DNA of 20,245 bases from Tubiluchus corallicola (taxonomy: Eukaryota > Animalia > Priapulida): the NCBI GenBank assembly GCA_030141605.1, contig JAQGDQ010001936.1:1-20245 (forward strand), in the 5' to 3' direction. Shown here one piece after another: positions 9,448-19,603 of the stretch. Both the position numbers and the translations under genes were made by a program. How positions within the stretch are numbered: the stretch's first letter is position 1; each line of letters starts with the position of its first letter. The notes beneath the pieces are model-generated. The model was not told the DNA's origin. It was given only the letters and a program-made list of their open reading frames with translations, and did no database searches.

Positions 9448-11796
9448 GTGCGCTTGCAAAACAAAACCGTCCATAAGTCGGCATAGTTAAAATGACCTCA
9501 TCATGCTTCAAAGTAGAATACACCAAAAGATAAATGCTAATTTGGACTTGTATATTCTAGCATCAAATTATCAAGAAAATATTGAAAAATACTAAACATC
9601 AAATTTTAAATCCCCGTGCCCACTTTTCCGGCTAGAAACTAGTACTAGAATTGTACAAAACTTTTCAAACTCCGATAGTAGCTCGTAAAAGCAGTCACTT
9701 TGCTTCAGTTTTTTGTGTTGCCAAGCCCAGATCTTCGTCAGGAAGAGAAATCTACTGGATTCAAAAATACCTTCAATGTGTTCTTGCAAAGTCCATAGCA
9801 ACCAACATTTGTGCCGTTGCTAAGTGTTTTGTAGAAACGCGACAATCAACAATGGCTGACTTTAACAGCGATTTTCTCAAGATTATGTTTTTCAGTGTGC
9901 AGCCTGCACCACATCTTCATTGTGGATTATCTCAACTAAAAAATATCATAGTGTGATGAACTTGGTATTAATATGATTCTCATGAAATGGAAATTCAGGA
10001 TATATGAACAATTAGAAAAACTTAATTGCCGACTTATCAACGAGTTTGCTAAGCAAGCACACAATTATCATTTTCTAAGGCTTGTGGTTTGATCTTGGAA
10101 GTCTGAGGTTATATAGACATAGAAGAGTCACTAAACTCTAATATATATAAATTGTATATTTCATAACCAATAGTAAACACTTTTGTATCCACAAAAATTT
10201 GTTATTTAGTGTATATCATAATTGTGAGCTAAATATATTAGAATTGTAATACATTACATTATGAATTTGTCTCAATGAACGTGAGCAATTGATATGCTGT
10301 AGTATGTATTCCATCCATGTCGTCAAAATAGATGTCACGTACTATGAAATAAATTTAAAACAGTTTAATGCAATTATGCAATTTTACACTCAAGTTAATT
10401 CTGATACTGACCACTCCAGGCACTAAAACAGCCCCATATTCATATATGCAAAATCGCGAGCAAGCCCTTCAAATACCTCACACAGTTCTTTAATGCAATA
10501 CCCATTTCCTCATGCTTCAGATACTTTGATAGGCAAACAAATTTTCCTGTGTTCTCATTTATGTGCCAGATGGCAGCATTTGATTTCTCGTCATAAACTG
10601 TCCATTTCTACATTTCTCATCAGATTTTATGGTGGTTGTACATGAATTCTTCCAGCATATAATAATTTTCTATTCAGTTAATTCAACAACATGACTTCCA
10701 CTTCTGGTAATGCTGCAGCTGTCGTGTCTCTGTATATTGGAAATCATCTGTTCCATTTCCACACACTCTGTGTGCTTGGTTAAGTTTGCTCTTCACTTTT
10801 CTGCATTTACTTTTATTGATCATAAGGAAAAAAGTCAGTTGAATATTACATCTGCAAAACAGACTCTACACCAGTAAATTGTACAATGTTGAACATACAT
10901 TATTTCATATTGTTTGAGTTTTAACTAATTACTAATTAGCATTATCTTGTACACGTTTAAACCATACATTTTTGCATAATTATGTTATAGCAGCAAGCTA
11001 TCGCGTGGTTTTGGAACTATTTTGGAACTACGTTTTGGAACTTGTTACATTTGTAATGTGTTAATCTCACTGCAGGTCACTAATGACACAAAAATGTTTA
11101 ATTTGTCATATATGTGTATGTGTATGCAACAGTTTGTATTCTCGAACAGGTCTCCAAGTAATTGTCCCAAAACATTGACTATATTGACCCAAAAGCGATT
11201 GCTATCATTCAAATATGGATCATACAGTAGAACAAGGACCGGAAGTCACTAGTGAGTAGATGATTTAGTCGTGTTTTTTGCGAGTTTTCCTGTTTCCAGT
11301 GACAACTTTTCTGTGACACAAACTGACGAGTACTCCTTTGAGACAGTACAATTGTTGTAATTTAAGATTGTCATAGTAATGATTTACAGTATGGTGATTA
11401 TTACAATAGTATTTAACTTCCAAAACTCAATAACATAGGTCTCTTTGGCAGGAAATTTCCAGTAATTGTTCCTTTGTGCAGTGTAAATTAGCGACAAGAA
11501 AACTTCAATAAGTTGTACTCTGCGCTGGTCTTTGAACAGGTATGCTTTTTTCTTTGTTTTCGCCGAGCTAATTGAAAAACAAAGTAATTTATTTTCTGTA
11601 AAAAACAAACAAACATAAAACGCGAATTTTTGTTTATTGAAATGGAGCATTCTATTGTTGTGAGCTTGCGGAAACTTTGTACTGTAACTGCGTTTGCACT
11701 TGCGAACATTATCATCAAACATTATTAATTTTATATCATTGTTTTTTCAATTACAACGATGGAACAACCTTCCGATGGTGTAGATACTAGAATATT

Positions 11797-12363
11797 CCAT
11801 CAGAAAAGTACCTAGTTACAGTAACAATTCCTTCTCCATCAGAAAAGTAATTATGTACAATTACAATTCTGGGTCTATGAGAAAAGTACCTGGCTACAGT
11901 AACAATTCCTTCTTCATCAGAAGAGTAACAATTACAGTTACAATTCCTTCTCCATCTGAAAAGTAGCTAGTTGCAGTTACAATTCCTCCATCAGAAAAGT
12001 AACTAAGCACAATTACAATTCTGGGTCTATGAGAAAAGTTATTGGTTACAGTTTCAATTTCTTCTTCATGAGAAAAGTAACTAGTTGCAGTTTCAATTCC
12101 TGTCCATCTGAAAAGTAACTAGTTACAGTTACAATTCCTCCTCCATCAGAAAAGTAACTAGTTACAGTTACAATTCCTCCTCCATCAGAAAAGTAACTAC
12201 TTACAGTTTCAATTCCTCCTCCACGAGAAAAGTAACTAGTTACAGTTTCAATTCCTCCTCCACGAGAAAAGTAACTAGTTACAGTTTCAATTCCTCCTCC
12301 ACGAGAAAAGTAACTAGTTACAGTTTCAATTCCTCCTCCACGAGAAAAGTAACTAGTTACAGT
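11797..12363. repeat. 39-bp minisatellite, ~14.5 units, containing palindrome GTAACTAGTTAC
   Basis: Unit CCATCAGAAAAGTAACTAGTTACAGTTACAATTCCTCCT; ends ~520 bp upstream of the copy 2 ATG. Confidence 0.95.
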
Positions 12364-12886
12364 GCACGATGCATTATTATAAAGCTTTAGATCAAAGGAC
12401 TTGATGAACGCATTTCTTATTCTTTGTTTCGGGCTCATTGTCATGCAAGCATGTTAAGTTCTTAGGCAAGTTATACACAGTTATATTCAGGTTATCTAGC
12501 ATTCAACGTCTTTGTTTAACTTAGCTCTAAGAGAGAGAGTACGAGTGTACTTTGTGCACTAGTTGAAATATCGTATCCATAAGATCTTAAAAATTTTTTA
12601 TAGTAAATATGAAATACGTTAGACAAGACATACATGAGTCATAATTTTTTTAAAAAAGCAAAAAATTATTGTTTACTTTTGATATAACAAAAATCGTGAA
12701 CACTTAATGTGTGCTAAAGATTTCTTCTGCACGTTTTCATTCCTGCTTGCGAAAAATTATCAAAGTAAGATGTCTTTTTAACAAATTCACCTTCGTTGCA
12801 GTGACTTGAAACTTTAGAAACCACAACATTGTGCATATTTGTGTTTCTCCTGGGTTTTGACTCTAGTTTCTGTGTTTCACATAAAC

Positions 12887-13265
12887 ATGGTGTTTCCAGT
12901 TCTTCTACATCTACTCACCTGTTTACCTGGTGGCCTGACGACAATTTTCATCATCTCAACTTTGATGTTTTTCATAGTTTATTCTTATCTGTCTCAACCT
13001 AAAAACCTGCCGCCTGGACCATGGGGTCTTCCTGTAGTCGGATGTTTGCCTTTTTTGTGGTTGAGTCCTGGGAAAAATCCAAACGACGTTATCCAGGAAT
13101 GGTCTAAAAAGTACGGTGAAATTTTTAGCATGAAGCTTGGTTCACACATCGTTGTAATGATGACGAAATGGGAAATAATTAAAGAAGCTTTTATCAGTCA
13201 GGCAGATCATACGTCTCATAAACAATTACTGAAAGATGTGGCAGACATTTATGGTGGCGCTGGAG
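12887..13265 (+). CDS. Cytochrome P450 (CYP2 clan) copy 2, exon 1 (membrane anchor, proline-rich hinge)
   Basis: AACATGG start; hydrophobic N-terminus; KNLPPGPWGLPVVGCLP; WSKKYGEIFSMKLG; IKEAFI; G|gtaaga donor. Confidence 0.92.
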
Positions 13266-13289
13266 GTAAGAAGTTTCATTATTTCCAAT

Positions 13290-13621
13290 AAACCTTTTCA
13301 CAGTTTCGTTGTGCGCAAAGGTCAAATGTTAAGTTTACCACAGCAACGCTTCTTAGCTAAAACTGTCACGTGACGTGTGGGTAAGGCAAAGACCAGTTCA
13401 ATAACTTCAGCTGTTTTATGTGGACTTTACTTAATTATGCATTAGTCTGAGAGGGAACAAGAAAAAAAGAACTAGCCACGGTTCTATAGGCAGTACCTTT
13501 TCTTAATTGCTATTGCAATAGCATGGGTTGCGAGGCATCGTCAAGTGTTCACGAATTCATTGTCTGTAACACTTAACCTTTGACCTTCACACGATCATCA
13601 TCAATCGCTGGAACCCTGAAA
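13290..13621 (+). mobile_element. Interspersed repeat (~330 bp), copy in intron 1 of P450 copy 2
   Basis: Collinear with the reverse complement of 15745-16103 (shared blocks GGTCAAATGTT, TGACGTGTGGGTAA, TGGACTTTACTTAATTATGCAT, GGGAACAAGAAAAAA, ACACTTAACCTTTGA, CATCAATCGCTG). Confidence 0.8.
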
Positions 13622-13723
13622 GGCTTATTAGTCTCACTTTTCCTAATTTTAGTTTCGTGATGTCGTGCTAGGTAACTGCAAACTTACTGAAATTAGTAAT
13701 ATTACTGTTGGTTTGGCTTCATT

Positions 13724-13800
13724 AACAACAACAACAGCAACAGCAGCAACAATAATGATGATGATGATGACGACGACGACGATGATGATGGTGATAATAG
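13724..13800. repeat. Compound trinucleotide microsatellite (CAA/CAG)n-(GAT/GAC)n
   Basis: Direct reading. Confidence 0.9.
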
Positions 13801-14231
13801 CAAACTTTTTAAAAAACGTTCAAAAGATGTAAGTCTTAATAATCACTACTCTTTTAATAGGCACCTGTAAGTACTCTTGGCTCTTTGTGCTTTTAATCTT
13901 TTAGCTAGCCATCTTATATGTAAAATTTTACTCTATATACAGTACATGCAGTTTTATCCTGTTTTCATATTTTATGCTTTTTTGTAACTATTTTTGATAA
14001 CTTTTTTAATAAAGATATTATTAATAATACTAATAATAAGAGATTTAATAATTTATGTTAAACAAAACTATTAAACTAATAGTATTTGTCAGCATTTAAC
14101 GCGGGTTTTCATTGAGACAAGACACACAAACGACTTTTGTTGAAGAACTCAGTAGATTTTTGCTGGAAGGTGAATTTGATTAATAAGAGTTTCAGCATTT
14201 GGGCATCATAGTCCTTGTTTCATCCTTTTAG

Positions 14232-14403
14232 GTTTGATCCATGGAAATGGCTGGAGTTGGAAGGAGCAGCGGAAATTCACATTGAAAAGCTTGAGAGGTC
14301 TTGGCATGGGGTCAGAGGTCATTGAAGAAAGAATAAGAGAAGAATTTTCTGCAACTCTAGATTTGTTTGATTCTTTAAATCAGAAACCTTTTTATTTTGA
14401 AAG
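14232..14403 (+). CDS. Cytochrome P450 copy 2, exon 2 (C helix WxxxR)
   Basis: cttttag| acceptor; GLIHGNGWSWKEQRKFTLKSLRGLGMG...IEERIREE (typical of CYP2 clan); AG|gtatga donor. Confidence 0.93.
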
Positions 14404-14687
14404 GTATGAATCTACACAGAGTAACAATAAAGTGTAAAGTAGCGTAATTATCGAGAGTGAGGATATTTTTTTATTTCTTAACTGTTTAGTTTAGTTTTCT
14501 TATTCCAAAGTCAGTTTACACAAAAATGACAACTTGTTATACAAAATGTACAACATAAAGACATCAGAAATGATCGTAAATTAGATACATCCTTACAACT
14601 TACAATGAGCATGACAAATTATTGGCTTAGATCAAAATTAATACTTGTAGGATGTGAATGTGGAATAACGATTTGGAATAACGGGGG

Positions 14688-14798
14688 TGTAGGAGGTGCA
14701 GGGGTTGAAGGAGATGCAGGGGCGCAGGAGGTGCAGAAGGTGCAGGAGTTGCAGGGGGTGCAGGAGGTGCAGGAGGTGCAAGGGGTGCAAGAGATGCA
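14688..14798. repeat. 9-bp tandem repeat (GCAGGAGGT-like)
   Basis: Repeated GTGCAGGAG/GTGCAAGGG units; explains the QEV and PPA ORFs. Confidence 0.85.
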
Positions 14799-15239
14799 AA
14801 ATAAAAGAAGGAAATCACAAATGTGATTCCCCGACTCCCAGTGACAATTAGCAAATGTTGAATTGACAATTAGCAAAGGATGAATGTTGGATGCCTCAAA
14901 TCAGTTTATTCAACTTCTACAACATAATGCCAACATTAGGCCCACATAGGTGGGTGCATGTCTAACACAACAAAAAGAGAAGGGATATTCTGATATTTAC
15001 AAAATTGAATTTACACACCTCGCCGATTCCTGCAAAATTGTGTCATTGTAATCAGCATTGCCAAAGTGGCAGAACCAGCGAGTTGGAATATTGGACAAGA
15101 AACAACTCCAGATTATTATTATGCAGTGTATTGATTAATTGAGCCTTTCTTAAGGAGATAATTCAGCATACTTTTACTCTCATTCTGTAGTAATTTTTCA
15201 CAGTAAAGTAAGTTCAATTAATCTCTGGAGGTCCTCAGC

Positions 15240-15304
15240 TGGCGGAGGGCCCTGGGCTGCAGCCCATAAAGCCCATGCCTTAACCCTCCCCCCCCCCTCC
15301 ACTG
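15240..15304 (-). mobile_element. Possible terminus of a non-autonomous DNA transposon
   Basis: GC-rich island reading CAGTGG...TTAAGGCATGGGCTTTATGGGCTGCAGCCCAGGGCCC on the minus strand, reminiscent of CAG-starting hAT-type ends; no partner end found. Confidence 0.3.
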
Positions 15305-15744
15305 CCTAGTGATGGAAGAAATCGGCTACTAGTAATCAATTACTTGCACGCAATTCGCTGGCATCGATTACTTTCTTAATCAATTAATACAGCATTGAAT
15401 TATTATTAAATTGTTAAAGAAAGATTTTTCATACACTACCCCATCTTCAAATCCGACGGTACACATTTTAACACAATTAATAATGCAAAAGCGTTTCTGG
15501 TAATCAAAGTAGGTTGTTTTGACCTGCAGTTTAAGATTGGTCCGGTTTTGCTTTAATGAGTTTTTAATAATTTGAATGCAATTTATCTGTGCAATGTGCA
15601 GATGAAAACACTTTCCAGTGCAAAGCTGCCAAAGCTTCACTTTCACTGAATTCTGTTAATACTTAGCATCAATAGCATGGATTGGAAGCTCATATCTGAA
15701 ATTATCAACAGAGATTCGCAGATAGCGGATTTGTAGGTATATGG

Positions 15745-16103
15745 TTTCAGAATCCGGTTTCAGCGATTGATGCTGATCGTGAAAATTCAAAGGTTAAGTG
15801 TACGAGACAATGCCTCGCGGCCCCAGCTATTGTAATAGTATCAGTTTTAACAACTAGCTAGAACCTTACCTAGTTCATTTTTTCTTGTTCCCAAGCAAGA
15901 TCCTGCTAGTAAATCACTCTGCCCATAGACTCATGCATAATTAAGTAAAGTCCAACAACCGTAGTTACTGGACTGAGGCAGCTGATGGCTTTGCTTTACC
16001 CACACGTCATGTGGCAGTTGTAGTTGATATGCCTTGCTATCGTACACTCAACATTTGACCTACAGCAACTGCGCATGCGCGTAACGAAACACTGAGAAGG
16101 CTT
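15745..16103 (-). mobile_element. Same interspersed repeat, inverted copy in intron 2 of P450 copy 2
   Basis: Reverse-complement match to 13290-13621 with several small indels. Confidence 0.8.
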
Positions 16104-16245
16104 GTTCAACACAGCCTTGAAGATATGTCTTTTTTGTAAACTTATCCAACCTAGAATTATAACTGGGCATAATTTTTCTAGGAAACGAAACGTAGAACCT
16201 GCTTCTTCAAAGCAGAATACTTTCTATGACGGTGGAAACACCACA

Positions 16246-16271
16246 TTATTATTATTATTATTATTATTATT
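16246..16271. repeat. (TTA)n microsatellite
   Basis: Direct reading; lies at the left edge of paralog homology. Confidence 0.9.
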
Positions 16272-16568
16272 GATGAATATTGAGGAATTGGTAACTTTTG
16301 ATCTAACTACAATCAAACTGCTGATCTTAATGAACAACAGTGTGCTGCTTAGCATTATCATTTACCAAAGCAAAGCATTCTGTGAGCTGCTGTTTCATGA
16401 ATGACAGCGTGTCGCCAAACTGTTTTCACTTTTCACAAAGTTTCTTTGGATACCGTAAATTGTTTGAAATAGAAACAAAATACATGTATTATGATGCACG
16501 CGAATGCCCTATCATAACGACACAGCAATAAGCAATGCTAAAGGGAGGTTTGCATTTGTTTTCCATAG

Positions 16569-16754
16569 GTACATCTGTTTAGCATTTGCAAACGTCATCT
16601 GTAGAATCGTACACAGTCATCGACCTGAGCCGAATGACGAACTCTACAATGACGCCGTTGATCACATGATTAAACTGTTTCATAGCACCGGTGGGCCACT
16701 CACTCCACTGAATTATTTGCCATGGTTGCGTTACCTACCAGGAGTAAGACGCAG
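16569..16754 (+). CDS. Cytochrome P450 copy 2, exon 3
   Basis: Paralog of 4320-4505; 6 nt differences; in phase with exon 2. Confidence 0.88.
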
Positions 16755-16865
16755 GTACAACACTTTTCAATTCATTCATTCTTTATTCACGCCTAAGTAT
16801 GCAGCCTTAATCTATCTAATTGTACACAAATTTAGTTTGAAAATTCACTTTTGTCGTTTTTGCAG

Positions 16866-17041
16866 GGTAATGTCAATAAGACAGTCATGTCTGAAAATCA
16901 AAAATTATTTTTTACCTCACATTAAGACACACAATGAAACGTACGATCATCATAGTCAATTTACTAAAGACTACATAGATGATTACATTCGTGAAAAGAA
17001 GGAAAGGCAAGAAATGTTTGGCTCTGACGAACCTTTTACCG
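16866..17041 (+). CDS. Cytochrome P450 copy 2, exon 4
   Basis: Paralog of 4634-4809; 10 nt differences; G|gtaagt donor. Confidence 0.88.
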
Positions 17042-17874
17042 GTAAGTGCTCTTCTAAATTTTACTTCAGAACAATAAACGAATGTTCTAAACAATAGTCC
17101 ACTTTTGACCTATAGTCGATCTACAACGTACATTAATTATATCACTGCCAAACTTATGTGGAAATATTAGTCTAGAAACTTACTATAAGACCTGTGTTAT
17201 TCAAGAGCTACAGCGTACACGTAGACTATTTCATTTTTGAGGCCTGGTACAAAAATTTGGTATCGTTTTCTTTTAGCCACTTTTCAAAACTCATTTTGAG
17301 CTTGGACCAAAATTTGGTTCGTTTTACTTCAACCGCTTTTCAGATCTATATGCCTTTTTTATTATTAGAGGACTAGTTCAGTTTAATTCAGTTCGAATTT
17401 CTTTAAAACTCTAAATCATCTTCTTCGTGATTTGATTTTAAACACATATAATCAGTGCGTTAAAGATTGTTTGGTATGTGTCATGGCGTCCTTTTTATAT
17501 GCTTGCTCTTCCTAATTTAAGACTCATTGTTCAGTTCAGTATGATATGATGAGATGGTGTCTTTATGACAAAATGGATACTAGTAATCTGTGATATCAAT
17601 TCGCTTAGTACTAATACACATGAGTTCGGATGAACTAATTTGTCTTAATTATGAGTTGGTTTTGAACTTTACGTAACGTCGTGATAAGTTAATTTCTTGG
17701 TTGAGAGAGTCATGAAGTTACATAACACAAGAATTCAATACTTTGACTATGAAAATATTAAAAGTTTAGTGTTGTGAATTTTTAATAACTGCTGCCAAAA
17801 TACTAAACGATTCGTTCTTTTACATTTGTATGTCAACCATGTAAGACTGATCAAATGACCATATTTTAATTTAG

Positions 17875-18092
17875 AAAATGAATTTCACAAGATTCTCTTT
17901 GACGTTCTTGGTGGTGGAACTGAAACTGGAAGCACAACCTTTACCTGGTTTATCGTGTTTCTTGTCTTGAGACCTGATCTACAGGAAAGGTTACAAGAGG
18001 AAATAGACAATGTTGTTGGGAAAAGCACAACGTTTGATTACCAGGATAGGAAGAAAATGCCATACGTGGAAGCATTTTGTTACGAAGCTCAG
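17875..18092 (+). CDS. Cytochrome P450 copy 2, exon 5 (exons 6-7 presumably beyond the window)
   Basis: Protein identical to 5643-5860; 3 synonymous differences; CAG|gtaaaa donor. Confidence 0.92.
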
Positions 18093-19282
18093 GTAAAACT
18101 TGGCTAGAGTACATTCCGTTTGTAATATTTTTTGACTTTGTCACAACTCCGACAAGAGATGCTACTATAACTGGCACTTTCAGGGTTCCATTTTCTGCAG
18201 TTTCTGTTTCTATCTCGTTTCTAGTTAGGTCATCTTTAAAAGTTTCGTTTCTCGGCAAAGATTCGTTTCTCGGCGAATTTCGTTTCTATAAGTAAAAATA
18301 TTAGGTCGATGCTCTCGTAAAATGCAAGTAAAAATTTGCCTTACTTTTTCATAATTTTCTTTTCAATGGTTTGGCCTGCAGTTAATACTGCAAAAGCGTT
18401 TCTGATAATTAGATAACAGATAAAAACTTAATTAACGGCAGACGAACAAAACTGTTGATGACATCATAAAAATTTCCAGCAGCAAAAATATTCCACGTGT
18501 TTCACGTGTTTGCAAAAGCGAAAGTTGAAGTACAGTGCTGCTTTAGTGCTTCTAAAATGTGCTGAAGTTTTGGTCACGATAGTATAAGAAAATAATAGAA
18601 TCGCTTGAAAATTACTACACTGACGTCACAGACACATATGTACAAGGACCAAGCAATTAAGTAATTCCTCTAGCTTACATTTTTCTAAAGATACAGACGT
18701 CTTAAAATAAAAAATCAATGCCGGAAAAATCTAAAGTCTAAAAATCTAAGTATTGTTAAAATTTACATGAAATGCTCCATGTGTCCACCATTTTCACTGT
18801 AAACTAGACGAAAGCATTTTCTCTAACAGCTGATACCGTTTCTCACTTCGTTCAATGCTGGTATTTGGTCCCAGAATTTTTGCCTTTAGTTCCTCGACGT
18901 CAAATGGCACTGTGCAGCCATTGTACAATGCACACTATCTCTTTAAAGGAATTCCAGTTACCATAATCCAGAGGATTAAGTCCCTTTTTGGGAACAAGCC
19001 TTTATCAGTGCTTTATTTTCACTGGTGATGATCATGTTATTTCTTTCCCTGTATTGAGTAGTTTTATACGTCACCGACCGTTGATGTTTTTCTGTTGATG
19101 ATTAGCTGACATTTTATCGGCATTTAATTCTTTAACATCCAAAAGCTTTTTGCTCGTAGCTTAAAAACTGCTAAACCAATAAACGTGAAAGTTTCATAAT
19201 CTCTTAATTACTCACTCTTAATCTTGTTGTAGCCTAAATTTCGGCACATTTGTTCTATGCCACTCAGTACATGTAGAGGATA

Positions 19283-19603
19283 AAGCTGAGTCAGTTGCTA
19301 CTACATCAGCTGACTCACACAGGAAATCAGCTACCATAGCTCAAATGAAGCTGAGTCTGTTTGCTACTACATCAGCTGACTCACACAATAAACCAGCTAG
19401 TTCAGCTGAAGCTGAGTCAGTTGCTATTACATCAGCTGGCTCACACAATAAATCAGCTAGCTTGGCTGAAGTTGAGTCAGTTCCCACTACATCAGCTGAC
19501 TCACACAATAAATCAGCTAGCTCGGCTGAAGCTGAGTCGGTTGCTACTACATCAGCTGACTCCCACAGGAAATCAGCTAGCTCGGCTGAAGCTGAGTCAG
19601 TTG
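19283..19603. repeat. 60-bp minisatellite, 5 units plus a partial (single unit in copy 1 at ~6543-6600)
   Basis: Unit AAGCTGAGTCAGTTGCTACTACATCAGCTGACTCACACAATAAATCAGCTAGCTCGGCTG. Confidence 0.93.

Noticed and set aside
11797-12363. CRISPR-like look of the 39-bp repeat, and the 132-aa repeat ORF
   Set aside because: Units are contiguous with no unique spacers, there are no cas genes, and the context is eukaryotic; the ORF reflects the 39-bp (13-codon) period
12855-12866. Acceptor-like TTTTGACTCTAG ~20 nt before the ATG (untranslated upstream exon or trans-splice site)
   Set aside because: Too weak without transcript data
14480-15150. Possible decayed LINE 3' fragment on the minus strand (CIIIWS...RR..FL motifs)
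   Set aside because: Multiple stops and only faint resemblance; cannot be supported without a search
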